The notes: generated by a model not told the origin, from the letters alone. 64,000 bases of DNA from Paragordius varius (GCA_964247055.1 OZ176057.1:248001-312000), one strand, 5' to 3'; numbered from the stretch's first letter, positions 38,201 through 52,120 are shown. Numbers and translations: made by a program.

Positions 38201-39998
38201 ATTGATTTTAAAAAATATTTCTTTATGGTTTTAGATCTTGTCTGTAAAATATTACTGCATGTTTCTTTATTTCGCATTCAAAAATCTAGTCCTCGTCGAA
38301 AATCAATGTATAAAATTTTGTTGTTTTCGATCTTCTCTAATATTTATATTTACCTCGCTCTGGATATTTTATATTATTCACCCTTAAAATTTCATAATTT
38401 ATAAATTTTTATTTTTGAAAATTATTTTTAAACAAATATAATATAGGAAAAATTAACGTGTCGTAAATATCTCATATCTTTATTGATAACTTAAATTGGT
38501 TTTCCAGAAAGATTTTTTCAGGGTTAATCGAAGTGTAAATAATTTTCCAGTATATGTTACATTAAATTCATTTTTTATGCACCCCACAGGGCATTTTATC
38601 GTTCCATGATGAAAATGATGTCTTACCTTCAGATTCTTATAAAAAGGAGGAAAGAATGCCTATATCATATACAACTAGTAACAACATGTTAAATAATGCT
38701 AACAATTTGGTTACAATCAAACAAAAATATGTTATGGAGTATTTGGAGATGGGAACTTTGTCCAATTATTTGCAAATGAATGGGCCTGACATAACTTTGC
38801 GACAAAAAATGATTTACATGAAAGATATTGCCAGAGTATAATCCTTTCTTTACATATTTGTTAAATTATTTTACGCGCGTTTCTTCTCTCTTTAAAGTTC
38901 AGTAAAGACAAATTTAAAAGACAATCATACTCAGCGGTTTTTTTGAAAAAGAATATTTGTCTATGTTTTTACCTTTTGTTTATCTATAATTTCACTTTTT
39001 ACTGTAATTTACACCGCGTATATTCATTACATTTATTATGAAAATAGGGCATGGCCTTCTTATACGATGAATTGGGAATAGTTCATGGAGATCTGAAGGC
39101 TTGTCACATACTTATGACGAATGAAGGCAAGACAGTTAAAATTGCTCATTTTGGGAGAAAGTGTCGAAATGCTATGCAGAGCAACGATTGTATAGACAAA
39201 TCAAATAAGGGCCAACCCAACGATGAAAATGACATTGTGTTATCCGATTTGGCTTGGATGGCACCCGAATTATTTAAAGTAAGGGGTACTATAATCAATA
39301 ATTTTTATTTTTTAGGATTCGTAAAACTAAATAAAACCGCTTAATTAGGACAGGAACGCAATCAGTACAAAATCGGATGTATGGTCTTTTGGGAGCGTTT
39401 GTTGGGAAATTTTAACAAATTCTAGCATATCTCTTTCACAAGCCATGTTTTCCATCTTACAAAGCTCTCTCGAAATGCAGAATTCGAAATCATCGAGAAC
39501 GTTAAACGATAAACCCCGCCATTCATATATCAATGAGGAAATCTTAACACCCTCACAAACTAAATCAATCATTTCTCAATATTATAATGATTTAATCAAC
39601 GGGAGTGATCATAATAACCCCAAAATACGTAAGTTTACATTCTACAGAGTTTAATATATAATCCTTCTAAATATTTACTATATTTGGTTTTTCAATTATT
39701 AGAATCTGCTCTTCCTTTATCCAACAAGGAACAAGTGATCGTACTAATGGAACAACTAGTAATAACTTTTATTTAACGCAATTTAATTACATATAACATT
39801 AAATATTTATCTTGTTAAAATGTTTGATTTCTGTAATCATAGATAAAGGATGGTTGGAGATTACCACTCCCCGAGTTTTGTCCCTCATATCTAGGCGAGT
39901 ATATTAAAGATACATTGTGGACTTTCAACCAACATTCTCGTCCTTTCTTTCACCAAATTTTACAAAAATTTTCTCTCCTTTTGCAACCTAATATTTAA
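20008..39998 (+). CDS. JAK: Janus kinase-like protein (FERM-SH2-JH2 pseudokinase-JH1), multi-exon
   Basis: FERM: YRLRFLP, FNYLFHQIRCDF, MLSFISLLDGYYRLS..LC..HGP. SH2: GSYLLRQS, KCIPP..LLLC. JH2: LVKIYGVC, LHEKALTHNR, VKLCDP, LPWLSPE, DIWSFGTFLWE. JH1: VVIKQ, HPNI, VMEYLEMGTL..YL, HGDLKACHIL, KIAHFG, WMAPE, SDVWSFG, RLPLPEFCP. Stop at 39996-39998. Exon phases were consistent where checked. Confidence 0.9.
21160..22010. repeat. Dispersed repeat of about 0.6-0.9 kb (probable non-autonomous DNA transposon) in a JAK intron; second copy at about 51530-52120
   Basis: Shared blocks include tttttctgcca...gttttttgcatttt and attggacac...gcgacaaacgcgcgaagcgagagc. Boundaries are approximate. Confidence 0.7.
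22591..22612. repeat. (TA)n microsatellite
   Basis: Direct reading of the sequence. Confidence 0.9.
32220..32254. repeat. (TA)n microsatellite in a JAK intron
   Basis: Direct reading of the sequence. Confidence 0.9.
34555..34812. mobile_element. MITE family 1 copy
   Basis: TA|CAGTAAAAAATAAAATTATATGGAC...TTATTTTACTG|TA. Confidence 0.8.
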
Positions 39999-41727
39999 AT
40001 TTTGCTACGATTATTCTACATCTATGCACATTTTATTTTTTAAACTTAAATGCAATGAATGGAAATTGCTCAATCAACCCTTAAACAAAAACCGTTTAAT
40101 TTTTTATCATAGTCATATTTATGAAAAATATATCAATAATTTTATATAAAATTTTTATTATAGATTGCGATTATATATATTTTAATTATTATATAATAAA
40201 TTAACGATATAAGATTTATGGGTTTTAGTTCAGTATTTTTAAAATTATAATTCGTGGCTTCCTAACTAACATGTTGATGTTACAGTTATTGAAATCGAAA
40301 ACGTAAAAGCAAAAGTTTTTTAAAAATTCCATATTTTTTTAAACCTTAATATGTTTCACATCAACTATTTAGTTACAACTTTGAATTATAAAATTGGGTT
40401 TATTATTAGTCAATTTGTATCTTTAGTCCCCGTTTCGTAACCTGAAACGATAATTTAAATTAAAAATATGGTTTTAAAAAATATTTGTCGTATATTTTAT
40501 ACTTTTATCTGGGAAATTTTAATATTGGTTGATTTGGTTTGGATATAAGTGTAAGAATTTAGAGTGTTGAGACTTGCGCAAGCGTTTATTATAGTCAGTA
40601 AATATTTTAAAATTATTATTTTATTAAATACATTAAAAATTAAAATTATACAGACAAAATGTAAGCATATAAAGACAAATATTTTGTATTAAAAATAATC
40701 TTACTTTTTTATATCATGATTTATTTAAATAGAACTTAATATTGAAAAATATGAAGGTGACATCTATATTGGTTTGATTGATTATATATTCTTCAATTGT
40801 AATTATATAATTTATATAAGAAAAATAAAGGTTTATAAAAATATGGTTTTTATAAAAAAATATTCTTTATATTTTTACGTTTTGTCCTTATATTTTCAGT
40901 TTTTACTGTTTTTGCGACCGATTAAAATTTTTAGTGGGTACAACTGCTCCATATGTTGCTTATGATTTCCGATTTTTTAAAAATATTAATCATTGTTGTA
41001 TATAACAAAATATGAACAGAAAATCGTAATCAATTATTTTATATATTTTATAATTTTTAAATATATGTGGGAAAAATCAGGATTCCATTATATCTTTACG
41101 TTTTGTCTCTATACTTTCGATTCTACTATTTTATTTGACACTATTTAGTGTTATAAGGAAATGTATTAACCTTGTCGAAATGTAATTAATATCCTCTATA
41201 AACCTGCTATATAAGAATATTGTCTTATCCAATATGTTTTAAATTTTAAATAAATCGATTCATATCTCCTAAAGTTGTTGACTTAAGACACCAGAATCAG
41301 TGCTAAAATGGCTTTTGAGAAAGTGATGCTTAAAATAAGCCATATCATGAATATTTATTTAATTTTTGTTTAGACGATTTAATATATCGATGAATTTTAT
41401 CATTAACTATAGATTTAAAAAAGGTAAAAATTTTATATAAAGAATGTTTTGGACCTAAAATGACTTTAACTATCAATAAGAAAAATATAAAATAGTAAAA
41501 AATATATAAAAAGTAATTATGAAGCCGATATTTTATTGGGCATATAATGACTCATGCGCTGTTGAATATTGGATCGATATGAAAACATCAAAAGACTAGG
41601 TATACAAATCAATAATTTTATAATAATATTTCAGTCTACAACCGTTTCCACAGCAAATAAAGATGGCGAATCTTTCAACAAAACTTTTGGATTATTTATT
41701 TGGTTGAGTTAATTTAAAGCTGATAAT

Positions 41728-42941
41728 TTACGCATGAATTTGTAAATTAAGTTTTTTGAAATGGCGAAAGATAGGATCATTGGGATAAAATAACTCAAAA
41801 TCAGACTTATAATATGAAATTATATTCCATAAAACTTTTTTTGGGATTGATGAAAGCATAATTATATCTCTTTCATATAGTTTTTTGCGGTTATGCAAAA
41901 ACGTTTCAATGTTCGTGAAACGCTTAAAAGCATCAAATCTCAGATGATTCCAACCCGCCAAGGCGAGCAATGCATTGTAATCTTGCAAAAATGTCTCATG
42001 TTTTCCAATATAATCATACTGAATGCGGCAAACATCACAAAGATCCGAATATGGCGCCCAATGTTCGTTAGTTAAGAGTTCATATTGATAATGTTTGTTT
42101 GAACAAGCTTTGAACAATTTTAAATGAGAAACGTAAGTGGCGAATTCGACAAAAGATATATTTGGAGGCGTTTTAAGCTGCTGTGAAGGTTTTTTATACA
42201 GTAAAGACCTCATATTTAAGGCACATCGTTTTCTGTGTGGTAACAAACTAATTTTCTCCCCATACAAGTGTAGAAATTTTATGACAGAGGCATAGTGTCT
42301 GGAGATATCGAACGATCTTCTGCTTCCTGTGCCAAATTTACTTCTGTAAGCCGAAAGAAATCGCGTTAAAGGGTTTCTAACCATTATGAAATGAAAATAT
42401 GAATTGTTGGACATCCTCGTATCCTTTTGTAAAGGATGACCATTTTTAAATGAATGATTATTATGGGACAATGTTATATATTTAGCTGAAGATATAGCAC
42501 TTCCCACACTAATGTTACGTTTCAGACTTTGTTGAATGAGAGGGATGTACTTGGGTTCATTTGCGATTAATACGTAAGCCTTTAACAAAGTCGACGAGCT
42601 TTTTGGAACGTAACAAAATATATTTTTGTATTTTTCATCGACAATCAAATGATTTTTGGATGTAGATGAACTGAAGTTTTCCATAACCAAATTATTATTA
42701 TTACTCTGACATTTTACAGCAAGTTGATTCAATCTAATTCTGTTGTTATCTTTTAAATATTCTTTTGTGCGAGAATAATCTAGATTACAATAAATACAAT
42801 GTATATCGCTCTAAATAAGACCAATGTGATTGAAAAAATACTACTTCTAGAATGCACGATAAAAACAAAAGCCACGATTCCGTATCCCAATAAAATAATT
42901 ACAGTTTTGATGGTTTGTTTTAAAGGATTACAAAACAACAT
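41728..42941 (-). CDS. Carbohydrate sulfotransferase (Sulfotransfer_2 / CHST8-14, HNK-1ST family), type II membrane protein
   Basis: 5'-PSB CYVPKSSST, 3'-PB VRNPLTRFLSAYRSKF, HWAPY..LC.VC.I.YDYIGKHET and C-terminal YKSDFELF. A short upstream exon from ATG 42941 encodes MLFCNPLKQTIKTVIILLGYGIVAFVFIV (signal anchor). The exact first-intron donor is uncertain. Confidence 0.9.
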
Positions 42942-45178
42942 TTATCTAAATTTACGGGTATATCACGCAACACAACATATTTACTAAGACTGAGCTGTGT
43001 GATGAAATTCGATACCATACTTTCTAAATATGACTATCTTATTATTTTATTTTTTAAATAAGTATTTATATTACCAAGAGACATTTAAAAATAGATACCT
43101 TACTATTTATAAAAAATTTTATGAATATTTGGATTTTATCAGGTGTTAAATGAAAAGGAAGTTTCGGCTAAAAAATGCTTAATATAACACATTTTGGTAT
43201 AAAAAAATTATTTACGTATAATATTTTAAAAAAATTTATATTTTTTTTTAAAAAATTTTTAAAGGCGTTTTAAACCGCCCCAAATTGACCCTCAATTTGA
43301 GTACAAACTCTTATGATGGCTAGATAATAATTCAATATTATTTTTTAAAATATCTCGGTGTACTATGGGCTATTTAAAAATTTGGTAGAATAAATGTTTG
43401 GTGAAACTTTTTTAATTTTGACAGACCACCTATTCCTACCTATTCAAACTATTAAATTTTTGATTTGATAACAAACACCTGTAATGATAATCAAAAAAGT
43501 TAAGCAGAAAAGAATGTTTTTCATTTATTTATATCAACCATTATTATCCAACGATTTTTATGTTATCAGAAAAGCGCTATATTGAAGCCAATTAGCGCTA
43601 CAATAAAATCAAACCAGTGGCGCCTAACATACAAGTTTCCAATACTTGATCCGGAAAAATTTGGAATTTCATAACTTGAGAAATTCGTTCTAATATTAGT
43701 AAAATTGATATTTCTTAAACAAGTCACTCAATTGACGAAAACTGGTAAAAAATGTTATATAGTGTTGGTATTATGTAATCTTTCGTTTAATACCAAATAA
43801 ACTATTAAAGAATGCCAGCATACATATTTTGAGGCGGCCCGCAAAATTGCTGTTGACCACCCTAAAATTAAAATTGGCTAGTGAAAACGTATCGGAAATC
43901 ATGTATCATCAAAGATACAATTATTTCATTAGAAAAGATTTGCTACATATTTATAGGGTGGTTCTAAAATATAACAGTTCCGAAACCGGTTCCATTTTAG
44001 TTTCTAACTTTGATTATACATAATTAATATATAATAAACCAAATTATTAAATAAATCAAACCATAATATTAGATTAAAGCATTTAAAGGATTTTTTTAAC
44101 TTAAATAATAATTACACTAAGCATTTCGGTCGTCAAACTAAATCTCATAAAGTGCGTGATAAGTATTTCTGTAGTGAGTGGCAATATGTACAGCTAATGT
44201 AGGCTTAGATATAATAATGATGGATAAATAGGTTTGACGGCATGCGCCGGTGAGCCGCGGTTTAAATACAAAAATTATATATTGTGACTCAATATTTATG
44301 ATTTATACAAGATTGGGCTATTTTTTACCAAAATTATCTCATCAATATATTATGAGCACACAAACAAATTTTTTTTAGCCTTTTAAGCGCATGATGCAAA
44401 AGAAATTTAAACTACAAAAACCGACTCATTTTTCCCTCCATTTCTTAAATTTTTTTATTAATGAGCTAAATTACTTTGGAAAGCTAAATTTCAACGAAAA
44501 ATTTTTTTTATTTAATACAGGATAAGAGGGATGTTTATATTTTAACTAAAACAACTTTTAAAGCATTAATTTGTTTCATAAACTCTGGGCCTAAAAATCA
44601 TGTCCAAATGATACTGCATACAACAAAGGAAAATGTAATAAATCATCAAACATTTAACACCCAATTTGAAATTATTTCCAGTCATTTGTGGTGGATAACT
44701 TGGACTTATAAATGTCATTTCAGTAAAAATAAAATTTTACGGATCACGTGAAATCATATAAATTTTATTTCCGAACAATTTTTTTATTCTAAATCGACAC
44801 ACATTTTTTTACAAAGTACTTTATTTTCGGAATCATAATAAAAGAAAAACAAAATGTTTAAACTTTTATCTACAATTCAATTAAAATCAAACATAGACTT
44901 GCACCGTTTTGAGCCCCTATATAGAAGGGACTAACATCTTAATATTTCATAATTATATTATTAAGTAGGAGATATTAAGGCTTCATAAAGTATGTATTAA
45001 ACCCAGAGGAAAATATTTTATTTAATCTTTACAAATTTATTCAAAATCCATTATGTTCTTTTCACTAACAACATTTAGTCGAATTAAAGGAACATAGGGA
45101 TTGAATCAACTATATATATTCACAGCAAAAATGCACAATATCATATTGCCTCATGACTGATTTGGTCTCTCATATGTT

Positions 45179-48100
45179 ATGCAATTTAACCAGAAAATAT
45201 TTTATGCTTGTGGGCATTTTTATAACGATTTATGTGCCTGCATGTGGTTTTCATATCTTTTGGTCTATTTCCAATACGTAATTATGATGAACAATATAAA
45301 TGCTGGTTATGCCTTGATGATTGGACAAGTAGCAGATGGATTATCCACTATATTTGTTGGAATTGAATTCGATAAATGCTTCAAAAAATGCAAACATTGG
45401 CACCTTTTAGGAACTTTTTGTGTTTGTATTGCATTTTTATTGATATTTTGTCCACCATTACCCTTTTACATTAACTTGTTTAATATCAATAAAATAAATG
45501 CCCTGTCAAACAATATTTATGTTGAAACCCTAAAAATTTTACCGCAATATATTAAATTGTTATATTACGCGCCCTATATAATTATTTTTCAATTTGGTTG
45601 GGCATGTGTTCAAATTTCTCATTTGTCGCTCATTCCCAAACTCACACCCGTGTCAAGCACTCGAATTGAAATCACATCATATAGGTTTAATTCAAAAACT
45701 TAATATATATTCTAGATATGCATTTACTGTTCTCTCTTACATAACAATCTATATGGTTTCATGGTATTTCTTGCATAACAGTATTTCCGATGATAATTTT
45801 AATTCAATTTCACCAAATGATATCTATAATTTTCAGGTATACTTTCAATGATTATATTATCATAGGATATAGTAGTAGTTCTTACCATTTTGGGAATATT
45901 TACAACTGGAGTTTTTCAAATTTTTACAATGGAAGACGAATGTTCAATTCCAACTGAAACTCAGCCTTTAATTGAACATACCGATCCACCGATCAGTAAT
46001 TGGACAAATTGGTTTTTCAAAACTGTCTTTTATCAAGTAATTAAGATAACTTGTTCAAATTTTTTTCTAATTTTCAAATCCATATAAAGAAAGCCAATCA
46101 GTTAATGTTGAATTTACCTTTTAGATCGGAATGCTTCAGTTTTTGATGTCTACTATATTTTTTAGGTTGAAAACTATTTATTTAAATATTTTCTATTTAC
46201 ATTATGTAAAATATAAATCACACCAAAGATAATTTTCGAAAACTTAACATCGTGGCATCGTCAGAGATAAAAATCCTACGATATCAATAAAATCATTGGA
46301 TTTTGGGTGAAATTCTACTTATTTCAAACAAATTTATTAGAATAGTTGGATTATTCGTGGTCAACACATATTTTGTGTTTTAAAATCTAAATATTTCCAA
46401 TCTATTAACGCGGTAAAATCTAAAAAAGGCCTATTTTACAAATTTTAACTAATAATTGTGAAATGAAACAAGAAAAGCTTTGGCCTCTAAAAGATGGAGT
46501 CTTATTAAAACGTTTTTTTTTTGTAAATAAAAATTATATTTGATTAGGATATGCCAGTTTAATGAAACAAAGCTTTCAAACATATTAAATTATGTAGATA
46601 GACTTGTTTGATAAACGCCTTTTACCTATTGATTAAACAAAATGGAAATTTGGGATTTACGTTTAATTCTCAATTTATGTGTCAATTACAGTAACTGAAA
46701 TTATAATATGGACAAAACGTCAAAATATACAGACAAATATTTTTTTCTAAATGACAACCCCCTACTTTTTCAGTCTTAATTCATTTCAATATAATTCATT
46801 GTTTTAAATGGCAAAGTGTATTTTATATTTTACAATGGTAATTATGTTTATATGGAAAACATTAAGGTTTTTAAGAAAGGATATTTGTCTTTATATTTTT
46901 ACATTTCCGTATAATTTTTATTTTAACTGTAAAATTTTCGTGTTTATAAAATCTTGTTGGTTATAGACATTACAGTAACCACTTTTTTATTGGCCATTGG
47001 TAATTCAGTAGCGTATGATAGATAACAAATTTTGTTTAAAATTTCATGTTTTAAGTTAGGTAAGAATTGTTTATTTTCACATTATTGTTGTCTTTTACTC
47101 ACACGTTACTGTATTTCTCTAATTGACCAATAATAAAGTGGGTACAGTAGTTGATCGATTGAAGGAAATGGCATTTTCGTGCTCAATAGTGTTGGCTCAG
47201 TATGGAATTTAGTTTAAATTAATATACATGAAAAAATTGGAGTTATACGGACAAAATGTATAAATAAGACAAATTCTTTTATAAAAGAAAACCATACTTC
47301 CAAATCTTGATTCATATCATTCTAACTCATTGTTTTAAATGTCAAAGTGTGAAATAGACATATATATTACTAACACAATCAATTTAGTATATAACAATGT
47401 AAATTAGCTTATATTGAAAAAATTAAAGTTTAAAAAAATATGGTTGGTTGTTTTATAGAGTAAAAAATGTTTGTTTACGTTTTGTCCTTTCGTATAATTT
47501 CAGTTTTTACCGTGATTGAACGAAATAGAATTGCGCCATCTTCGTGCTAACTAAAGCGAGTTAGCCCAGCATGGAATTAGTTTAAACTTCTAATCTGCTA
47601 AATTTTTTTTATAAATTAATTTAAAAGTCTTGTCTTTAAAATCTTTTTACTGTGATTAACGAAATAGAATTGCGCCATCTACGTGCTAACTCGAGTGTCG
47701 AGCAATGTGGGGATGGTTTATCTCCCTCTTTTCTTGCTGGAAACGTTGAAACTCGATCGAACAGCCATCGCACTTGTCCCGCTGGTTGTCTGCATTTCAG
47801 GGTTAATTCTTTCCCTCTTCATAAAACGATTCACGGCGCGTCTTGGATATACGCACACATATCTCCTGGGTGCCCTTGCTACGGTCTTTTCTTGCCTGGG
47901 CTTTTTTCTCATAACCACTTTTGCAACAAAGTATATCTCATTTTGTTTCGTTAAAAAATTAATTACACAAATAAAACGTAAAAAGTAAAGGACAAATATT
48001 TTTTAGATTAAAAGACAACCAAACTGTTTTAAACTTTGTTTTACTTTTTTCCATAACCTATCTAAATATATATTTCTAAAAATATGTAATTAAATGTGTG

Positions 48101-50184
48101 AACATTCTACATATCTTTTCCTTTTGTCAAAAATTAGTACTAATAAAAAAATTAAGATTTGTTCTTTTTAAAGACTTTATGTTTTGCCTGAGTGTAACTT
48201 AAATTTTTACTGTAAAATTAGGATGCTTGGGATTATAAACAACAGCGCAGAAAAACAAACCTTTAAGTTTTAAAATTTTATCCTTTAATTAATTTTTCAT
48301 TGTATTATATTTATTATAAGCCATTTACGATTTCAACCTTCATCAATTCTTTTGAATATGAAAAACTGCGTTTATTTTTATATAATGAAGTTTTGTTTAT
48401 TAACATAACTCTGAACAAATATTAGGCGATACCATAAAGATTCATATTAATGACCATTTTTACCCAAAAATTGATAATTTATTTTAACTGTGAATTTGTA
48501 TTTGAATTTTGCTATATATTCATTACAAAAAATAATAATGAAATATCAAATATAACACAAAATTATATTACAGTAAAAATTGAGATTATACGGACAAAAC
48601 GTTGAAATATAAAGACAGATTTATATAAGACAACTCGATACTTTTTCAAACCTTTATAAACCATTTAATTACATTTGTAAAATATATAATTTATGTTATT
48701 TTTAATATATATCTCTATTTTCCCATTTTTACATATTAAACAATGAGGGATATTCAAAAATAAAAATCTAAATTAAGGTGTGATTTTTAGAAAAATCTTT
48801 ATATTTTTACGTTTTGTCTGTATAATACTCTATATAAATATTCGGTTATGTTTTAAATAACTAAGTAACTTTAGTTTTGACTAAAAATTGTTCATAATGT
48901 CAAGAAGCATAAAAAATTTCCTCAAAATTAGTTATTAAAAGTTTAATAGATTCATTCTCAGAGAATAATAGATGAAAGATGAAAAAATTTAAAAGCAATA
49001 TTGATAAGGTGGAATAATTTGTATAAATTATATTATTTTTATAATTTATTATGATAGTCAGTCCATAAAAAAGGCTTTGGTTTACTTGATGGCGATTTTC
49101 ATGGGATTCGGGAATTCGACTCTCGTCATTCTTTCGCTTGGTCTAACTGCTGACTTGATTGGAAATAATTTGGTTTCTTTTTACAATACACAACACATGC
49201 ACTAAAAATTGAAATTATACTAACAAAACGCAGAGACAAATATTTCTCCATCAAAAGACAACTATACTTTTTATAATTTTATTTTTAATATAACTCATTA
49301 TATTTAAACTGCAGAATATAAAATAGAAATTTAAATTCGTAACACAATCTGTTTTCTTCGATTGTAATTGAATGATATAGGATAATTTAAAGTTTTATTA
49401 CCATATGGGTGTCCTTTGAAAAAAAATTTGTCCTAATATATTTGCGTTTAGTTAGTATATTTTCAGATTTTACTGTAATTTTTCCAATTGCACTGCTCAA
49501 CAACATATAAAATGTTTTTTTTTCAATGAAAAAAGTTTGAAATATTTATTTTTATAATGAATAGAATACAAGTTCTTTCGTGTATGGAAGTATGAGCCTT
49601 TTTGACAAAGTCGCAAACGGGATTGTCATTTTACTAATTCAAAGATTTTACCCTTCCAGGTTAGTTATTAAATTTATCTTACAGAACGCAAAAACTTCGG
49701 AACAAATATTTTTTGTTTAAAGACAACCTTAATTAATTATTCCTTGGTTTTAATATTTGGTGACAATTGTAAACTTCACCATATTCTATTTAAATTCACC
49801 CTTGAACACAATATTAACCTAAAAATAATTAATTTTTTGGAAAATAACTTTAAATAAGAATGATATTTATATGGCATAATATATTTTGCCGCATTATATA
49901 AATTTTAAAAACAAAAAATATAAGTATTTGAATCTCTCGTGGGCCCCAGTTTTTGTGGACGCATATTGAGCACCCCTGGTCTAGACTCTTTATGAACGTT
50001 TTTCTATCATTTTAACATAATTATGAACACAATATAATTTTTACATATGTTTATGTTGTTTATTAGAAATTTAAGTTTATGCGGTTCATATTTCAAGTAC
50101 GTTCTATGCCTCGTGCCAAGTATAAGTACCATTTTCGCTCAAATCATATTATACTTCACACCAACAACACCTATTCAAAATTAA
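45179..50184 (+). CDS. MFSD12: Major facilitator superfamily domain-containing protein 12, 7 exons (45179-45684, 45716-45836, 45866-46036, 47668-47930, 49058-49172, 49565-49659, 50067-50184)
   Basis: YACGHFYNDLCACMWFSYLL, GQVADG, WHLLGT, YYAPYIIIFQFGWACVQISHLSLIP, RYAFTV, LTADLIG and FVYGSMSLFDKVANG all match MFSD12 as I recall it. Exon phases are consistent, and the first two introns are 31 and 29 nt. Confidence 0.92.
46689..46929. mobile_element. MITE family 1 copy in an MFSD12 intron
   Basis: TA|CAGTAACTGAAATT...TTTTAACTG|TA. Confidence 0.75.
49945..49978 (-). mobile_element. hAT-like terminal motif (CACCCCTG end) in the last MFSD12 intron
   Basis: The reverse complement CAGGGGTGCTC resembles the terminus at 1878. 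No partner end was found. Confidence 0.3.
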
Positions 50185-50814
50185 CAGTATCTCATTGTTA
50201 AATTGTATAAATACTCATTTAATAAATATATTTATTTATTTATGTTGAAACATTTACAATAATTTAATTTGTTTGGACAAACCATAAAAATATTACGAAA
50301 AATATTTTTTCATATTTCTAAACCTTAATTTTTTGCATAAAATATTAAATTCAATGCAAAATATAAATTGATTGGGCCAGTATACATATTTCATACTTTG
50401 CAATTAACTGAGTTATATTTAATAAAATTTTTTAAATATTATGAGTGCCTTTTCAAAAAAAATGTTTTATATTGTTTTGTCCGTATAATTACAAGTGTTG
50501 CCTCAATATGTATGGAATGACATGTTAACTCTCAAAAATAGGTGTGTCGTATTTTTAAAAGCTTGAAAGCCATAAATTATACAATTACTATTTATGAGCG
50601 CATATCTTTTGTTTTCGTTAAAATGCTATTATTAATATGATACTAACTTACAGATATTTGTAATATTCCAGATGTATTTTAAAACTAATTTCAATTTGTT
50701 TATTTCTCTCTGTTTGTTTCAGTCAGTCGTAATATTTACAAAAACTATATTAGTCATACGCGATTGTATATATTATTAATTTGCTAAAGCAGTAACTTTT
50801 AAATATAACAGGAT

Positions 50815-51290
50815 TTGGATGTCAACTGCAAACCAAAATCAGATTAATCAAAGCTACAGTTTTCCCCACATTCATGTATGGGGGGTAAGCTGGACACTGA
50901 AAAAATATGACGAACGTTTAATAAACTCTTTCGAATTATGGGTTTGGAGGAAACTTCTTCAAACAAAATGGACAGATAAAGTTTCAAACACCACCATTCT
51001 AAATAAAATTAAGCCAGAAATGTCACTTCTAGGCAGCTTAACTCGGCAAAAACTCTCCTTCTTCGGTCACATTATGAGATCCAGCTCACTTGAAAAATCA
51101 CTGATGCTGAGGAAAGTGAGTGGTGCCCGAAAAAGAGGGAGAAGACGAACTCGTTGGATGGATAACATTCTCAAAGAAACCAACCAATCATTATCCGACC
51201 TAAGCACCAAAACCGGAAATCGCAGTGAATGGAGAATCTTTATTTTCAATGTTGCAGTTAGTCGGAATCAACTTTAGCAAACAACAAATG
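50815..51290 (+). mobile_element. 3' fragment of a second RTE (BovB-like) LINE with a frameshift
   Basis: TKIRLIKATVFPTFMYG / SWTLKK..INSFELWVWRKLL..W..KVSN..FFGHIMR..G.R.RGR.R.RWMD is the typical RTE C-terminus, followed by a short caa-rich tail. Confidence 0.85.
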
Positions 51291-51529
51291 GCATATAACT
51301 ATACCGAATGCATTTACAGTTTTGTTGTTCCAGAGACGATATTTGTAACATAACAAATAGTTTTAGATCAATAATGGTTGTAAAGATTAGAAAATAAATT
51401 TATTTTTGAACAACTAGTTAAACCACGATCGCAAAGCGTAAAAAGCAAAGATTCAATTGGATTTCAGAAAAAGGTTTAGAGTTCAGAAAAGCGGAGAAAA
51501 ACTAAATTAAAGGGGCATATTTTACACTA

Positions 51530-52120
51530 GAAAACAATTTTTTTCTGCCATCCCAGTTTTTTGCATTTTATGATATTTATATTTTAACAGTTAATCTGAG
51601 AAATAAAATTATACTTAAACCTAGGAATTTTTTATAATTATGTCTCTTTATCAAAAAAATGTAAATCTGCAACAAATGCATATTTGTAATATATTTGGAA
51701 GAGTAATGAAAACTCTAAAATGCTACTACATCGATAATACATATTGGACATAGGAGGCGACAAACGCGCGAAGCGAGAGCGTTTATCATAATTATATATT
51801 TTTTACTACTAATGTATGAAAATAGCTCAAACTTTGTGTAAATGAATGTCCTAAAAAGATAATGCAAGAAAGTTTTTTTATTTATAACTTTTATCCAAAC
51901 ATTATGTAATTTAAAGCGGCTGCTATTTTTAGTTTTTTATTAAAAAAATTACCATTTCATCAATATTAATTGATTTTCTTTAGAAAGCTTATAATATCCA
52001 AATTTTGAACACTAAAAATATTTGTTTAAAGTATCCTGATCTTTTATAACCATTAAATTAAAAATTTACAGTTAAACCATGCATTTTTGTATCCACTAGG
52101 GAAAATAATTTTGATAATAT
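51530..52120. repeat. Second copy of the dispersed repeat at 21160-22010
   Basis: Collinear similarity by eye. Boundaries are approximate. Confidence 0.7.

Noticed and set aside
41728-42760. Nearly intronless CHST as a retrocopy or horizontal transfer
   Set aside because: A single large catalytic exon is normal for this sulfotransferase family, and the gene has an upstream signal-anchor exon and host-like composition.
50819-51277. 152-aa ORF as a terminal MFSD12 exon or separate gene
   Set aside because: It is an RTE LINE C-terminus. MFSD12 already terminates in frame at 50184.
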